Shown: positions 9,263 through 19,374, counted from the first letter of the stretch. The stretch: DNA of 64,000 bases from Dehalococcoidia bacterium (GCA_963555985.3 OY820591.1:1984001-2048000); one strand, 5' to 3'. Program-made: numbers and translations. Notes: generated from the letters alone by a model not told the origin.

Positions 9263-12200
9263 TCAAGACGCCGACTCCGAGATCACCGCCGCCGTATCTC
9301 CGGCCGCCAGCGCCCGGTACTGACCCAGCACCAGCTGTTTAGTCAGGTAGTGCCCGAACTCTCGGCGTTCATTCTTTTCGAGCACGGGGAACTGGTCGAG
9401 GATGTAGCCGGCGTCGTCTTTGTTGAGGCCGTAGAGGTGGAAGTAGAGGGCGTCGAGGCGGGATCGGAGTTGGCGGCGCTCCGCAACGTTCCAGATGTAA
9501 GGGTCGCCTTCGTAGCCGAGGTCGCGGGCGAAGGGAGTGAGATCATGGGCAGTGTAGGTGAGTTCGAGGACGTGGGTACGGACCAACTCGCGGGCGGTTC
9601 GGTTGCCGAAGGCGCGGTCGTAGTCGGCGGGGGTGATCATGGGGAGTTGCTCGATGGCATATTTCTTCACGTGTGTGCCAGGTATTTTGCGCCCAGCGAT
9701 ATAATCCACAGCCATCGAATTGAGGTTGGCCACTACGCACGCAGCTGATTGCGCGTCCAATCCTCCGTCATCCAACAACAATCCTACTGTATCACCGATA
9801 GCCGCATTCGGCAGGATCGTCGAGATGATCAGACGTTCGTTCGTGGCAGCGGATATATCGCGGAAACCGATGGCCCAGGCGTGATCACTTCGGCGCCTGT
9901 CAGTGACCTCAGTCAAAGGCACCCAGTGTCGAGGTTGAGCAAAGTACTTGGTGTTCGCGTGTTGTTCCGCAGTTGTTTTCACACTGACATATGGTCGCTT
10001 TGTGTTCTTTGGATTGAACGAGATCGAGTTCGCTCGGTGGTCGTACTGGTCGATCATCCGTCCTTGATACAGAGGTAACCACGTGGTCGCGCCCATTCTG
10101 AACCAATTTGGCTCCACTCTGTACGCTCCGTTGCGGTCCAACGCTTCAGAGGTCACGAACAGGTCCGCATCCCGCTTAGAATGGAACAAGCCCTGACGGT
10201 ACTTCAAGGGCCACATACGCTCGATTCTGCCATCAACAGCCGTGACAAGCGGCTTGTACCGTTCATAGATCGATGCAATTAGTTCGGCGTCTTTGCGAAT
10301 GCGGAACTGGGGAAGTTGACTTGTGTTCGGATTAATCGCTAAAAGTGATGCGCCTGATACTGAGAACGCTCGATTAGCGCTCTGAACGTCGTCTGTGCTA
10401 GTGAGCATGAAACCGAATCGAGAGTGACTGAATTCTCGGTCGATGCCGCCTACTACTAGCGCGCAGAATCGCTGCTGCGGATGAACGTCGGGAAACCACT
10501 TGGATGGTGTTTCGTCTTCTACGCCACTCGGCACTCGATCACTGTTCTCGAAGTCGAAAACGGCGAGAAGTCGTGACTCGCTAACGACGTGGCTGACATA
10601 GGCGGAAGCCAATTTCCCAGCATACACACCTGATGGGACCAGTAGACCGAATATCCCGTTGGGAGCGAGAAGATCACTTGCTCGGTCTACGAATAGACCA
10701 TACAGATTGATATCGCCGCGCCCAAAGTAGGGATACTCTGATGCAGATCGAAATAGGTCTAGAGTGTGCTTGGTCCGGTCGATTGCAGTTGCGAATTCGC
10801 TGTATAGCGGGTGATCGGACTCTCGATAGGCGTCAATCAATTTGTCCCTATCGACGGTTGACTCAGCTAACGCGACTCGTTCGTCCCGAGGCTCCCACCA
10901 TTCGATCTCGTCGATCTTGAGTTGCTCCCAGGGCGGATTGCCGATCACGGCGTCGAAGCCGCCTGCCGACATCACTTCGGGGAAGGTGAGTTCCCAATGC
11001 AAGATTCGTTCGCGTTCGACGATCGCGTTGGCGGCGTCGCGGATCTCGCGGTACTCGGGCGTCGTCGGCGTTCGCCCGGGGCGATTCTCGCCGCCCAATA
11101 GCACTGCGATTGAACGACCCGGATCACCTCTGAGGATTTCTTTGAGCGGGGCGTGAAAGGCGGTACGCTCGCGCCGTTTCATGCCGGCCGAGAGCCAGCG
11201 CAGTCCGGCGACCAGGTTGAGCGGCGTGTGCTGACCGCCCTGCCGAAAGCCGGCATCCTCGACCAGGGCGCGAGATTCCTGAATCTCCTCCAGCGTCAGA
11301 TCGAGCAGCGCATCGTGCTTTCGCGCAAAGCCGGCCGCTTCCTCGATGTACAGCTCGAAGCGCTGATTCAGCGGATACGGTCCCCACTCGTTGATGTAGG
11401 CCCGCGCCTGCTCGCCGCGAATGCCGAGCAGCGAGTCGCCTTCAACGATGCGGTGTTCGAGGTAGGGCAGGGGCAATTCACCGGTGAAGGTGTGCAGCCA
11501 GAGCGCGACGCGGGCGAGTTCGACCGCCATCGGGTTCTTGTCCACGCCGTAGATGCAGCGCTTGAGCACCATCCGCTGCAACAGCGTGCGCTCGTCCAGA
11601 CCGGCGTGGGCGTCCTGCAACTCCCACAGCTGTTCGCGCACCGGCGAGACGTAGCCGTGGCGTTCTTCCCACTCGCGGTTGACGAGCGTCACCAGTCGCT
11701 CGGCCAGCCAGTCGATCGCGGTAATCAGGAAATGCCCCGAACCCATCGCCGGATCCAGCACTCGCAGCCGCAGCACCGCCTCGGCCGGATCATTCGCCTC
11801 GCTCGGATCGGCGCGAAACGCCTCCACTCGCTCCTCAACCAGCGGCCCCAGCGTTTGCTCCACAATCAGGTCGACCAGCTCCTGCGGGGTGTAGTAGGAG
11901 CCGGAATCTTTGCGCGCGTAGGGCGAGAGCGCCATGTCCGGCTGCCCGTCCTCGTCGCGCCGAGGGACGCGCTCCAGCAGTCGTTCGTAGATGCTGCCCA
12001 ACTGTTGGACTTCGAGGTTGCGGTAGGAGACGTAGGTTCCGTTGGCCGTGTGGCTGAGGTCGTAGATGATCGGCGCCAGCTCCGCGTCGGATAATTCGAT
12101 CTCGTCGAGGATTGCGTGACTGTCGGCGAACAGTCCGCCGTTGTACGCGGTCAGCCCGAGGTCCGGTTCGCCCTGATCGATGATTGCGCGAAGGTCCTGG

Positions 12201-13225
12201 AGGTGCCGCCAGTAGCGTGTGGAACGGGTGGAGAACTGGGCTTGCCCGGACTGCTCGGCGACCGGATCGCGAACGCCGTAGCGCAGGCTCAGTGGTCGGT
12301 AGTTCGGATCCTCGGTGTTGAGCATCCCTCGGTCTTCGCCGTAGTAGATGAAGAGCAGGCGGTAGAGGAAGAGCAGCGCCGCGCGTGCGATGGCCTCGCT
12401 CTGCGCCTCCGGCTGTTTCTGCCAGAAGAGCCGCACGATCTGCGGGTAGACGTCCTTGAAGATCACGTCGGAGAGGTCGTCGGCGAGATCCGCGTCGCGT
12501 CGGCGTCCCTGTTCGAGCAAGCGATCGAGGAGGGATTCGCGCTCGCCTTCCGCCGGGAGCCAAGAGTCGCGGCGCAGCAAGAGGTAGGCGGTGCGCAGTC
12601 GGTGGTTGTCGTCTTCTTCGAGCACCTGGCTGAACAGGTCTGTGGAGACCAGCAACGAGGCCAGGTCAATCTCCCACGTGCGCTCGCGCGGACGTGTGCG
12701 GTAGGAATACAGCCGCCAGCGCGCGCCGTTCGTCAATATGCCCCAGCGCAAGGATTCGTCTGAGTCAGTCCCTCCGAGCAGCAGATACCTCTGAATCTGT
12801 TGAGCGGCCGTCTCGCTCGGCCGGCCACCGCCCGTGCCGGCGGCGTCGAAATCTCGCTGCCAGCTCTTGCACTCGACGATTCCCGTCGCGCCCAACACTT
12901 GCTCGCGCTCGGACTCGCCCAGGAGTTGTTCCATCAGGTCAGGGTCGGCGAACAGCGCGAGATCAACCTCGTCACGGCTGGTCAGCGAGCGACTAGGCAG
13001 GCGTGAATGCCAGCCGAGAGCGTCGAGGATGGGAGCGATGACACGCTCAATGGTGATCGCCTCGTCGGGCCTACGGATTCCCTGCATTCCGCTCAGGGCG
13101 GCGCGGGCGGCGGCGAGGAAGTTGTCGAAGTCGGAGGGATCCTCGATCAGTGCCTTGTACTCCGGCAATTCGCGGATATCCGCCTCCAGAAAGGCGTCGG
13201 ACCAGATCGGGATCGAGAGTGCCAT
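9263..13225 (-). CDS. Type IIG/Eco57I-like fused restriction endonuclease-adenine methyltransferase
   Basis: N-terminal D..ECK nuclease region, GILTNG, GSYYTP, motif I DPAMGSGHF, motif IV NPPW, C-terminal TRD. Confidence 0.9.
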   Translation of the reverse strand: MALSIPIWSDAFLEADIRELPEYKALIEDPSDFDNFLAAARAALSGMQGIRRPDEAITIERVIAPILDALGWHSRLPSRSLTSRDEVDLALFADPDLMEQLLGESEREQVLGATGIVECKSWQRDFDAAGTGGGRPSETAAQQIQRYLLLGGTDSDESLRWGILTNGARWRLYSYRTRPRERTWEIDLASLLVSTDLFSQVLEEDDNHRLRTAYLLLRRDSWLPAEGERESLLDRLLEQGRRRDADLADDLSDVIFKDVYPQIVRLFWQKQPEAQSEAIARAALLFLYRLLFIYYGEDRGMLNTEDPNYRPLSLRYGVRDPVAEQSGQAQFSTRSTRYWRHLQDLRAIIDQGEPDLGLTAYNGGLFADSHAILDEIELSDAELAPIIYDLSHTANGTYVSYRNLEVQQLGSIYERLLERVPRRDEDGQPDMALSPYARKDSGSYYTPQELVDLIVEQTLGPLVEERVEAFRADPSEANDPAEAVLRLRVLDPAMGSGHFLITAIDWLAERLVTLVNREWEERHGYVSPVREQLWELQDAHAGLDERTLLQRMVLKRCIYGVDKNPMAVELARVALWLHTFTGELPLPYLEHRIVEGDSLLGIRGEQARAYINEWGPYPLNQRFELYIEEAAGFARKHDALLDLTLEEIQESRALVEDAGFRQGGQHTPLNLVAGLRWLSAGMKRRERTAFHAPLKEILRGDPGRSIAVLLGGENRPGRTPTTPEYREIRDAANAIVERERILHWELTFPEVMSAGGFDAVIGNPPWEQLKIDEIEWWEPRDERVALAESTVDRDKLIDAYRESDHPLYSEFATAIDRTKHTLDLFRSASEYPYFGRGDINLYGLFVDRASDLLAPNGIFGLLVPSGVYAGKLASAYVSHVVSESRLLAVFDFENSDRVPSGVEDETPSKWFPDVHPQQRFCALVVGGIDREFSHSRFGFMLTSTDDVQSANRAFSVSGASLLAINPNTSQLPQFRIRKDAELIASIYERYKPLVTAVDGRIERMWPLKYRQGLFHSKRDADLFVTSEALDRNGAYRVEPNWFRMGATTWLPLYQGRMIDQYDHRANSISFNPKNTKRPYVSVKTTAEQHANTKYFAQPRHWVPLTEVTDRRRSDHAWAIGFRDISAATNERLIISTILPNAAIGDTVGLLLDDGGLDAQSAACVVANLNSMAVDYIAGRKIPGTHVKKYAIEQLPMITPADYDRAFGNRTARELVRTHVLELTYTAHDLTPFARDLGYEGDPYIWNVAERRQLRSRLDALYFHLYGLNKDDAGYILDQFPVLEKNERREFGHYLTKQLVLGQYRALAAGDTAAVISESAS

Positions 13226-13234
13226 GCTCCCACT

Positions 13235-14455
13235 CTACCCACCAAGCCACGCCCGCTCTGCTATCCCTGCGATCTCTTCGCCGATGAGGAGGGAGGCGGT
13301 GGCGCCGGGGCTGGGGGCGTTGAGGATGTGGATCATGCGGTCTTGATGGGCGATTTCGAAGTCGTCGGCGAGCGAACCGTCACGGCGGAGGGCTTGGGCG
13401 CGGACGCCGGCTCCGCCGCGGACGAGTTGGCGGGGTTCGAGGTTGGGCATGAGGCGTTGGAGGGCTTTGACAAAGGCAGTCTTGTTGGCGCTGCGCCAGA
13501 CTTCGCCGAGTCCGGTTTGCCAGTGCTCGCGGGCAAGGCGGAGAAAGCCGGGCCAAGTGAGGGATTCGGCCGCATCCCGCAGCGACACATCGCGCCAGCG
13601 ATAGCCCTCCCGCTTCAGCGCCAGCACCGCGTTCGGCCCGGCCTCGACCGAGCCGTCCAGCCGCCGCGTGAAATGCACCCCCAGAAACGGAAACGCCGGA
13701 TCCGGTACCGGATAAATCAGGTTCCGCAGCATCCCCCTCGCCGACGGCGCCAGCTCGTAGTACTCCCCCCGAAACGGCACGATCCGCAGCTCCCGCGTCT
13801 CCGCCGCACCCGCCGCGCGCGCGATCCGATCCGCCTGCAAACCCGCGCAGTTGACCACATAGCGCGCGCGAACCTCACCCCTCGTCGTCGCCAGCCGCAC
13901 CCCATCCGCATCGACCCGAACCCCCGACACCCGCGAGCGCAGCCGCACCGATCCGCCCGCACACTCCAGCAGCTCCCGATACTTCTCGCACACGCCCCGA
14001 TAGTCGGCGATTCCCGTCGAGGGAATGTGCAACGCCCGCACCCCGGCCGCGTTCGGTTCGAACTCGCGCAGTTCGTCCGGCCCAAGCTCGCGGATATCCG
14101 GCACACCGTTCGCGTCCCCCCGGCGATGCAGTTCCCGCATCCGCTCCAGCTCAGACTCCTGCGTCGCCACCACCACCTTCCCGCAGCGCTCCGCTCCAAT
14201 CCCGTGCTCCGCGCAAAAGGCGTACATCCGCTCCGCCCCCGCCACCGCCATCCGAGCCTTCGCCGAGCCGGGCCGGTAGTACAACCCGGAGTGAATCACC
14301 CCCGAATTATTCCCGCTCTGGTGCCGCCCAACGCCCGCTTCCTGTTCGAGCGCCAGCACCCGCAGCCCCTCCTGCCGAGTTGTCAGCGCCATCGCCGCGG
14401 AGAGGCCGAGAATCCCCGCGCCGATCACGGCGATGTCGGCGTCATGCTCAGCCAC
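13235..14455 (-). CDS. lhgO: L-2-hydroxyglutarate oxidase
   Basis: IGAGILG, HQSGNNSGVIHSGLYY, PFLGVHFT, NAPSPGATASL. Confidence 0.9.
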   Translation of the reverse strand: MAEHDADIAVIGAGILGLSAAMALTTRQEGLRVLALEQEAGVGRHQSGNNSGVIHSGLYYRPGSAKARMAVAGAERMYAFCAEHGIGAERCGKVVVATQESELERMRELHRRGDANGVPDIRELGPDELREFEPNAAGVRALHIPSTGIADYRGVCEKYRELLECAGGSVRLRSRVSGVRVDADGVRLATTRGEVRARYVVNCAGLQADRIARAAGAAETRELRIVPFRGEYYELAPSARGMLRNLIYPVPDPAFPFLGVHFTRRLDGSVEAGPNAVLALKREGYRWRDVSLRDAAESLTWPGFLRLAREHWQTGLGEVWRSANKTAFVKALQRLMPNLEPRQLVRGGAGVRAQALRRDGSLADDFEIAHQDRMIHILNAPSPGATASLLIGEEIAGIAERAWLGG

Positions 14456-15533
14456 GCGGCGTCTCCGGGGCGGAGACGATCAGCCGCCCGCCTTCGGCTG
14501 TGCCGGTCACCTTAGCCACCGGCGCGGCTGCGACTCCGCGAGCATTGAGGTCGTGGAGGAGATGTGCCGATTCGACGATTCCTGCGGCGATCAGGAGACC
14601 GCCGGAGGTTTGGGGGTCGTAGAGCAGCGCTTCCTCGAAGGCGGTCAGTTCGCGCGGGCTGGAGAGTCTGGCGCCGTAGTAGTCGCGGTTGCGGCTCTGT
14701 CCGCCGCTGCCGAATCCGGCGGCGACGGCTTCTTGCAGACCGCCGAGCGCGGGGACTGCGCCGAGCTCGATGCTGAGTTCCGCGCCGCTGAGCTCGGCCA
14801 TTTCGTGCAGGTGTCCGGCGAGTCCGAAGCCGGTCACGTCGGCGATGGCGTGAACCCCGTCGATCGCGGAGGCCTCGGCTGCCTGGCGGTTGAGCGTCAT
14901 CATCTGCTCGACGGCTGCGCGCCAGTGGTCGGCGGAGACCGCGCCTTGCTGGTTGGCTCCGATCAGGACGCCGGTACCGATCGCTTTGGTGAGGATGATC
15001 GTGTCGCCCGGGAGCGCGCCGCCAGTGGTGCGGATGCGCTCGCGCGGGACTTCGCCGGTGACGGCGAGGCCGTACTTGGGTTCCTCATCGATGATCGTGT
15101 GTCCGCCGGCGATGACCGCGCCCGCTTCGCGCACTTTGTCGGCGCCGCCGCGCAAGACATCGGCGATCACGTCAGGTGGGAGGTCTTCGGGGAAGGCGGC
15201 GATGTTGAGGGCGAAGAGGACGCGTCCGCCCATCGCGTAAACATCGGACATCGCATTGGCGGCGGCGATAGCGCCGAATTGGTAGGGGTCGTCCACCAGG
15301 GGTGCGAAGAAGTCGAGGGTCTGGACGAGCGCGCGTTCGTCGTCGAGGGCGTAGACGGCGGCGTCGTCGGGGCGATCGAGTCCGACGAGCAATTGAGGGT
15401 GCTCGCTAGGGGGGAACTGGGGTCCGAGATGGCGCAGCACGTGCGCCAGGCCTTCGGGGCCGAACTTGGAGCCTCAACCGCCGCAGCGGGCGAGGTCGGT
15501 GAGGCGCACGGTGCGGTTGTCGCGTTGGGACAT
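14448..15533 (-). CDS. selD: Selenide,water dikinase; selenoprotein with Sec at codon 20
   Basis: MSQRDNRTVRLTDLARCGG-U(TGA 15474-15476)-GSKFGP continues in frame into DDAAVY, AAANAMSDVYAMGG, DPQTSGGLL. Confidence 0.92.
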
Positions 15534-15575
15534 GGCTGTTCTCGGTGTTGGTTGCCGTTGCGGGCAGGCTCAAGC

Positions 15576-16220
15576 CTACCGCGCCGTCTCTGACCAGACC
15601 CGAGCGAATGCGATCGTCAAGCCCTCGCAAGGCGGCTCCGCCGACAACTCCGCCGGTTCCCGATGCTCCACCACATCCTCATCCGGCCGATACACCCAGA
15701 CCGTCCGCGACTGCGGATCCACCAGCCAACCCAACTGCGCCCCGTTCCGCATCCACATATTCATCCTCCGTCGCTGACTGGCGAGCGATTGCGTCGACGA
15801 TCGCACCTCAACCACAAAATCCGGCACCACATGCGGATAAGGTCGTTCCCCCGACTGTGCCCGCGCCGCCGTCTCCGGGCTGAGCCAGCCAGCATCGGGC
15901 ATTCGAGCATTATCGTCCGGCAGGTGGAGGGTCGAGCTGGCGAACAGGGTGCGGCCGATACGCTCCGGATCCCACGCGCCGATCTGGAGCGTGATTTCTC
16001 CGCCGACGCCATCGCTGTCATAGTCTGGACCTGGTGACACAATCAACCTCCCCGCTTCGTCGCGCTCGAAGAACAACCGGTCGTTGAGTCCCGCGATCTC
16101 GCAGAGCAACTCATCCGTGAGCGCCACCGATTCCGGAAACTCAATCACCAACTCGTCCAACACCATCGGATGCTTGAAGCCAAGCGCTTCCGGCTTCACC
16201 TGCTTCTCGGCTGTGACCAT
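15576..16220 (-). CDS. Uma2-family PD-(D/E)xK putative nuclease
   Basis: MPDAGW, PDFVVEVRS, GAQLGWLVDP. Confidence 0.88.
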   Translation of the reverse strand: MVTAEKQVKPEALGFKHPMVLDELVIEFPESVALTDELLCEIAGLNDRLFFERDEAGRLIVSPGPDYDSDGVGGEITLQIGAWDPERIGRTLFASSTLHLPDDNARMPDAGWLSPETAARAQSGERPYPHVVPDFVVEVRSSTQSLASQRRRMNMWMRNGAQLGWLVDPQSRTVWVYRPDEDVVEHREPAELSAEPPCEGLTIAFARVWSETAR

Positions 16221-16314
16221 GCTCCACCTCTCAGAACCATGATAGGTACACTGCGTAGTACCTGAGTTCTATCCCCTTGCTCATAACCTACAGCTACGAC
16301 CGAGAGGAGCCGCG

Positions 16315-16833
16315 ATGACTGAACACTGCTGGATCGACACGCCCCTGGGCGCCATGTACCTCGCCATCAGCGACGGCGCCCTGCGCGAAGCCGGCTTCGT
16401 CGAGACCTGGGCCCGACCCGTCATGTCGCCCGGCGCCGACGAAGCGGCCGAGCAACTCTCCAGCGAGGCCGAGCGAATCCGCGACGCCGTCGCCGGCTAC
16501 TTCGACGGCGATGTCGAGGCCATCGACGCTATCGAGATCGCACCCGACGGCACCGACTTCCAGCGAGCCGTCTGGCAAGCCATCCGCGAGGTACCCGCCG
16601 GACAGACCGCCTCCTACCAGCAGATCGCCCAGGCTGTCGGCAAACCCGCCGCCTACCGCGCCGTCGGTACCGCCACCGGACGCAACCCCGTCGGCATCGC
16701 CGTACCCTGCCATCGGATCGTCCGCTCCGACGGCGGCCTCGGCGGCTACGGCGGCGGACTCCACCGCAAGGAATGGTTCCTCGAGCACGAACGCAAACAC
16801 CTGCCGACCAACAGGAACGGACGCGACCAATGA
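16315..16833 (+). CDS. ogt: Methylated-DNA--protein-cysteine S-methyltransferase
   Basis: GTDFQRAVW, PCHR active site, GGYGGG. Confidence 0.92.
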   Translation: MTEHCWIDTPLGAMYLAISDGALREAGFVETWARPVMSPGADEAAEQLSSEAERIRDAVAGYFDGDVEAIDAIEIAPDGTDFQRAVWQAIREVPAGQTASYQQIAQAVGKPAAYRAVGTATGRNPVGIAVPCHRIVRSDGGLGGYGGGLHRKEWFLEHERKHLPTNRNGRDQ

Positions 16834-17216
16834 CTTCCACCTCCGACCCCGCCATCGCCGAGGCCCTGGCCAACGACCTCGTCATCGACATCACCACCAC
16901 TGGCCGCAGCAGCGGCGAGGCCAAGCGAATCGAAATCTGGTTCCACAACGTCGACGACCGCTACTACATCACCGGACGCCCCGGCCCTCGCTCCTGGTAC
17001 GCCAACATCCTCGCCAACCCGGCAATCACCTTCCACCTCAAACAGACCACCGAAGCCGACCTCGAAGGCACAGCCCGACCCGTCACCGACCCAGCCGAGA
17101 AGCGAACCGTCTTCCTCTCCGCCAACAAGCTCAGCGACTACATCAACCAAGACAATGTCCAAGCCTGGATCGACGGCTCACCCCTGATCGAGGTCGTCTT
17201 CGACGAGCGCGATTAG
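16830..17216 (+). CDS. Deazaflavin (F420)-dependent nitroreductase-family protein
   Basis: ITTTGRSSG..R, WYANILANP. Confidence 0.8.
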   Translation: MTSTSDPAIAEALANDLVIDITTTGRSSGEAKRIEIWFHNVDDRYYITGRPGPRSWYANILANPAITFHLKQTTEADLEGTARPVTDPAEKRTVFLSANKLSDYINQDNVQAWIDGSPLIEVVFDERD

Positions 17217-17539
17217 TGCCCCCCTTCATTGCCGACTTGACGTTCAACGCGACGACTCGCGAAGAGTTGGCCGACCATGGCCTCATCCTTGCCGATGCGT
17301 TGGACGTACTGGACGGCAATCCGAAGTTCTTCCCGGATAAGGGTAGACGCGCGCGCCGACGCCGCGGCCTCAGACAGCGTTGGATCATGATCGGCCCCGG
17401 ACCGGACGGTGCCCTACTCACCTTCATCGTGGACGATCCGGACGAACAGCATGTCGCCCATCTCGTCACCGGTTGGCGTTCGTCGCGAGCAGAGCGAACT
17501 CGCTACCATCAACCAGGAGGAAGAGGTAATCGACCATGA
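17216..17539 (+). CDS. BrnT-like toxin (RelE-fold RNase)
   Basis: GTG start; EELADHG, WIMIG...G..LT, VTGW.SS..ER..Y; 4-bp overlap with the next gene. Confidence 0.55.
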   Translation: MPPFIADLTFNATTREELADHGLILADALDVLDGNPKFFPDKGRRARRRRGLRQRWIMIGPGPDGALLTFIVDDPDEQHVAHLVTGWRSSRAERTRYHQPGGRGNRP

Positions 17540-17778
17540 CTCACGATCCACGATTCCCGCTTGAGGACTTTGAGGAAGAACCGATCGAAGTCGAGGTTGC
17601 AGAGAATCCGGGGGCGGTCATAGAGATTAGATTCAGTAAGGAAGAAGTTCGAGAACTCTGCGCCGAAGAGCAAGCAACCGACACATCGCTGATCGATCTG
17701 ATCCGCGAATACACCCTCTCGACCATTCGAGCGAAGCGGGAAGCGCGCCAAGCCAACCAAACCCAAGTCGCCGACTAA
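17536..17778 (+). CDS. Putative antitoxin with an acidic N-terminus and RHH-like C-terminus
   Basis: 80 aa; IEIRFSKEEVREL...LIRE; coupled to the BrnT-like gene. Confidence 0.5.
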   Translation: MTHDPRFPLEDFEEEPIEVEVAENPGAVIEIRFSKEEVRELCAEEQATDTSLIDLIREYTLSTIRAKREARQANQTQVAD

Positions 17779-18584
17779 CCCATCCCCAACACCCCAACCT
17801 GCGCGAACATGAAGAACGGCGCCTCCGACTCCGCCCACGCCGACCAGCCCCGCGACAACCGCTCCAACTCCGCCTGATCCGCATACCCGTATTCCAACGC
17901 CTGATCCGCAATCCCGCTGTACAGAATCCGCTCCGCCCATGTCCGACCCCAGATCCGCGCCTCCTCGCCATCCATCGCCATCACGTTCGGATGAATCTCA
18001 ATCTCCGCGAACCCGGCCGACCGAACCCAGGCCGGCAACGTCCGACCCGCGTCAGGCTCCGCCCCGTTCCGATACGCCACCTCGTGATACAGCCGATTCC
18101 AGTCCGCGAACTCCGCGAACTTCGGATGCGGCGACATCGTCGCGTAGTCCGCATCCCGCACCGCCAGCAGACCGCCCGGCTTCAGTACCCGCCGCATCTC
18201 CCGCAGGGCCGCCACCGGATCGGTCAGATGCTGCAACAACTGATTCGCATACGCCACATCGAACTCCCGATCGCCGAACTCCAGACGATACACATCGCCA
18301 GCGACGAAGCGGACATTGCTGACCAATTCCTCAATCGCGTGCGCCCGAGCGTGCTCCAACACCCCAGGCGCCGCGTCCAGACCGACAACCTCGCCCGGCG
18401 CGACCGCCCGCGCCAGACCTGCCGTCACCGTCCCTGGACCGCAACCCGCATCCAGCAGACGCATCCCCGCCTCCAGCTTCGGCAACAGGAACCAGGCCTC
18501 CACCTCCGCCCGCCGACGCGCGTGCGACTGCACTACCGACTCGTGATGCCCGTGCGTATATCGATCCCGTTGCGTCTCAGACAT
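17775..18584 (-). CDS. Class I SAM-dependent methyltransferase
   Basis: YTHGHHESV, LLDAGCGPGT, LKPGG. Confidence 0.9.
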   Translation of the reverse strand: MSETQRDRYTHGHHESVVQSHARRRAEVEAWFLLPKLEAGMRLLDAGCGPGTVTAGLARAVAPGEVVGLDAAPGVLEHARAHAIEELVSNVRFVAGDVYRLEFGDREFDVAYANQLLQHLTDPVAALREMRRVLKPGGLLAVRDADYATMSPHPKFAEFADWNRLYHEVAYRNGAEPDAGRTLPAWVRSAGFAEIEIHPNVMAMDGEEARIWGRTWAERILYSGIADQALEYGYADQAELERLSRGWSAWAESEAPFFMFAQVGVLGMG

Positions 18585-19188
18585 CCGCGAATCCGTCGAC
18601 CAGCCTCGTCAGCGTCGCAACCGCCCGCTTCGACAGCGCCAGCCGACGCGCCGCCGACTGACCGTTCGCCGACATCTTACGCCACGTCCGCCCAAGCGCC
18701 CGCCGCAACTGCCGATCATCCAGATCGTCCAGCAACGGCTCCAGTTGCGTCTCGAAGAACACCAGCGACAGCGCGTCCTCCAACGTTTGCGCCTCGGCGT
18801 CGCCCGCCTGCAACAGCTCCGCCTTCGACACCAACGCCGCCACCCGCTCCACCGACCGACGCGGATAGCCGCACTCCTCCAGAATCGCCGCCGTCAACTC
18901 CGCATGGACCGAATGTAGCGCCCGACGCCAGCGCAGATACCCCGAACGCCCAGCCGGAAACGACGAGCGCGGCACCATCCACCGACGAATGTGATGCGCC
19001 CGAGCCGCCAGCAACAGTGCTTCCGAGACCTCAGGATCAAGCGCTCGAACCCAACGAGTCATCATCTCCGCATGAGTCTGCTCTTTCGGGAGCGCTCGGC
19101 CGCCGACCTCAAGCCTGAAAGGATCGTCCGCATTAGCCGCGTCAATCGCGTCAATCGCGGCGCGGAAGCGTATCGGATCGTCAATCAC
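18577..19188 (-). CDS. DUF4202-family protein
   Basis: IDAANADDP, LAARAHHIRRW, GYLRWR, QTLEDA, TWRKMS; GTG 19188 after GGAG. Confidence 0.8.
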   Translation of the reverse strand: MIDDPIRFRAAIDAIDAANADDPFRLEVGGRALPKEQTHAEMMTRWVRALDPEVSEALLLAARAHHIRRWMVPRSSFPAGRSGYLRWRRALHSVHAELTAAILEECGYPRRSVERVAALVSKAELLQAGDAEAQTLEDALSLVFFETQLEPLLDDLDDRQLRRALGRTWRKMSANGQSAARRLALSKRAVATLTRLVDGFADV

Positions 19189-19219
19189 AAGCCAGTCTCC
19201 GCCAAACAGCCTATTCGAG

Positions 19220-19260
19220 CCTCCCCTTGCGGGGGGAGACGTCACGTAGTGACAGAGGGT
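19220..19260. repeat. REP-like palindrome, family B
   Basis: CTCCCC-TTGCGG-GGGGAG followed by GTCACGTAGTGACAGAGGG; matches the copy at 41797. Confidence 0.7.
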
Positions 19261-19279
19261 CCCTCGCACCAATCAAACT

Positions 19280-19374
19280 CCGTCATACCAGCGCTCCGCC
19301 GCGGCAATCTCGTCGCGTGAGCGACGACGGTGCGGATCATGGCGAGATACCAGTGGCCTGCGTGGGTATGACGG
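19280..19374. repeat. REPIN-like inverted pair of family A repeats
   Basis: CCGTCATACC...GGTATGACGG ends with internal ATCTCG/CGAGAT. Confidence 0.7.

Noticed and set aside
14448-15533. selD as a pseudogene
   Set aside because: The TGA falls exactly at the catalytic Cys/Sec position and the rest of the frame is intact
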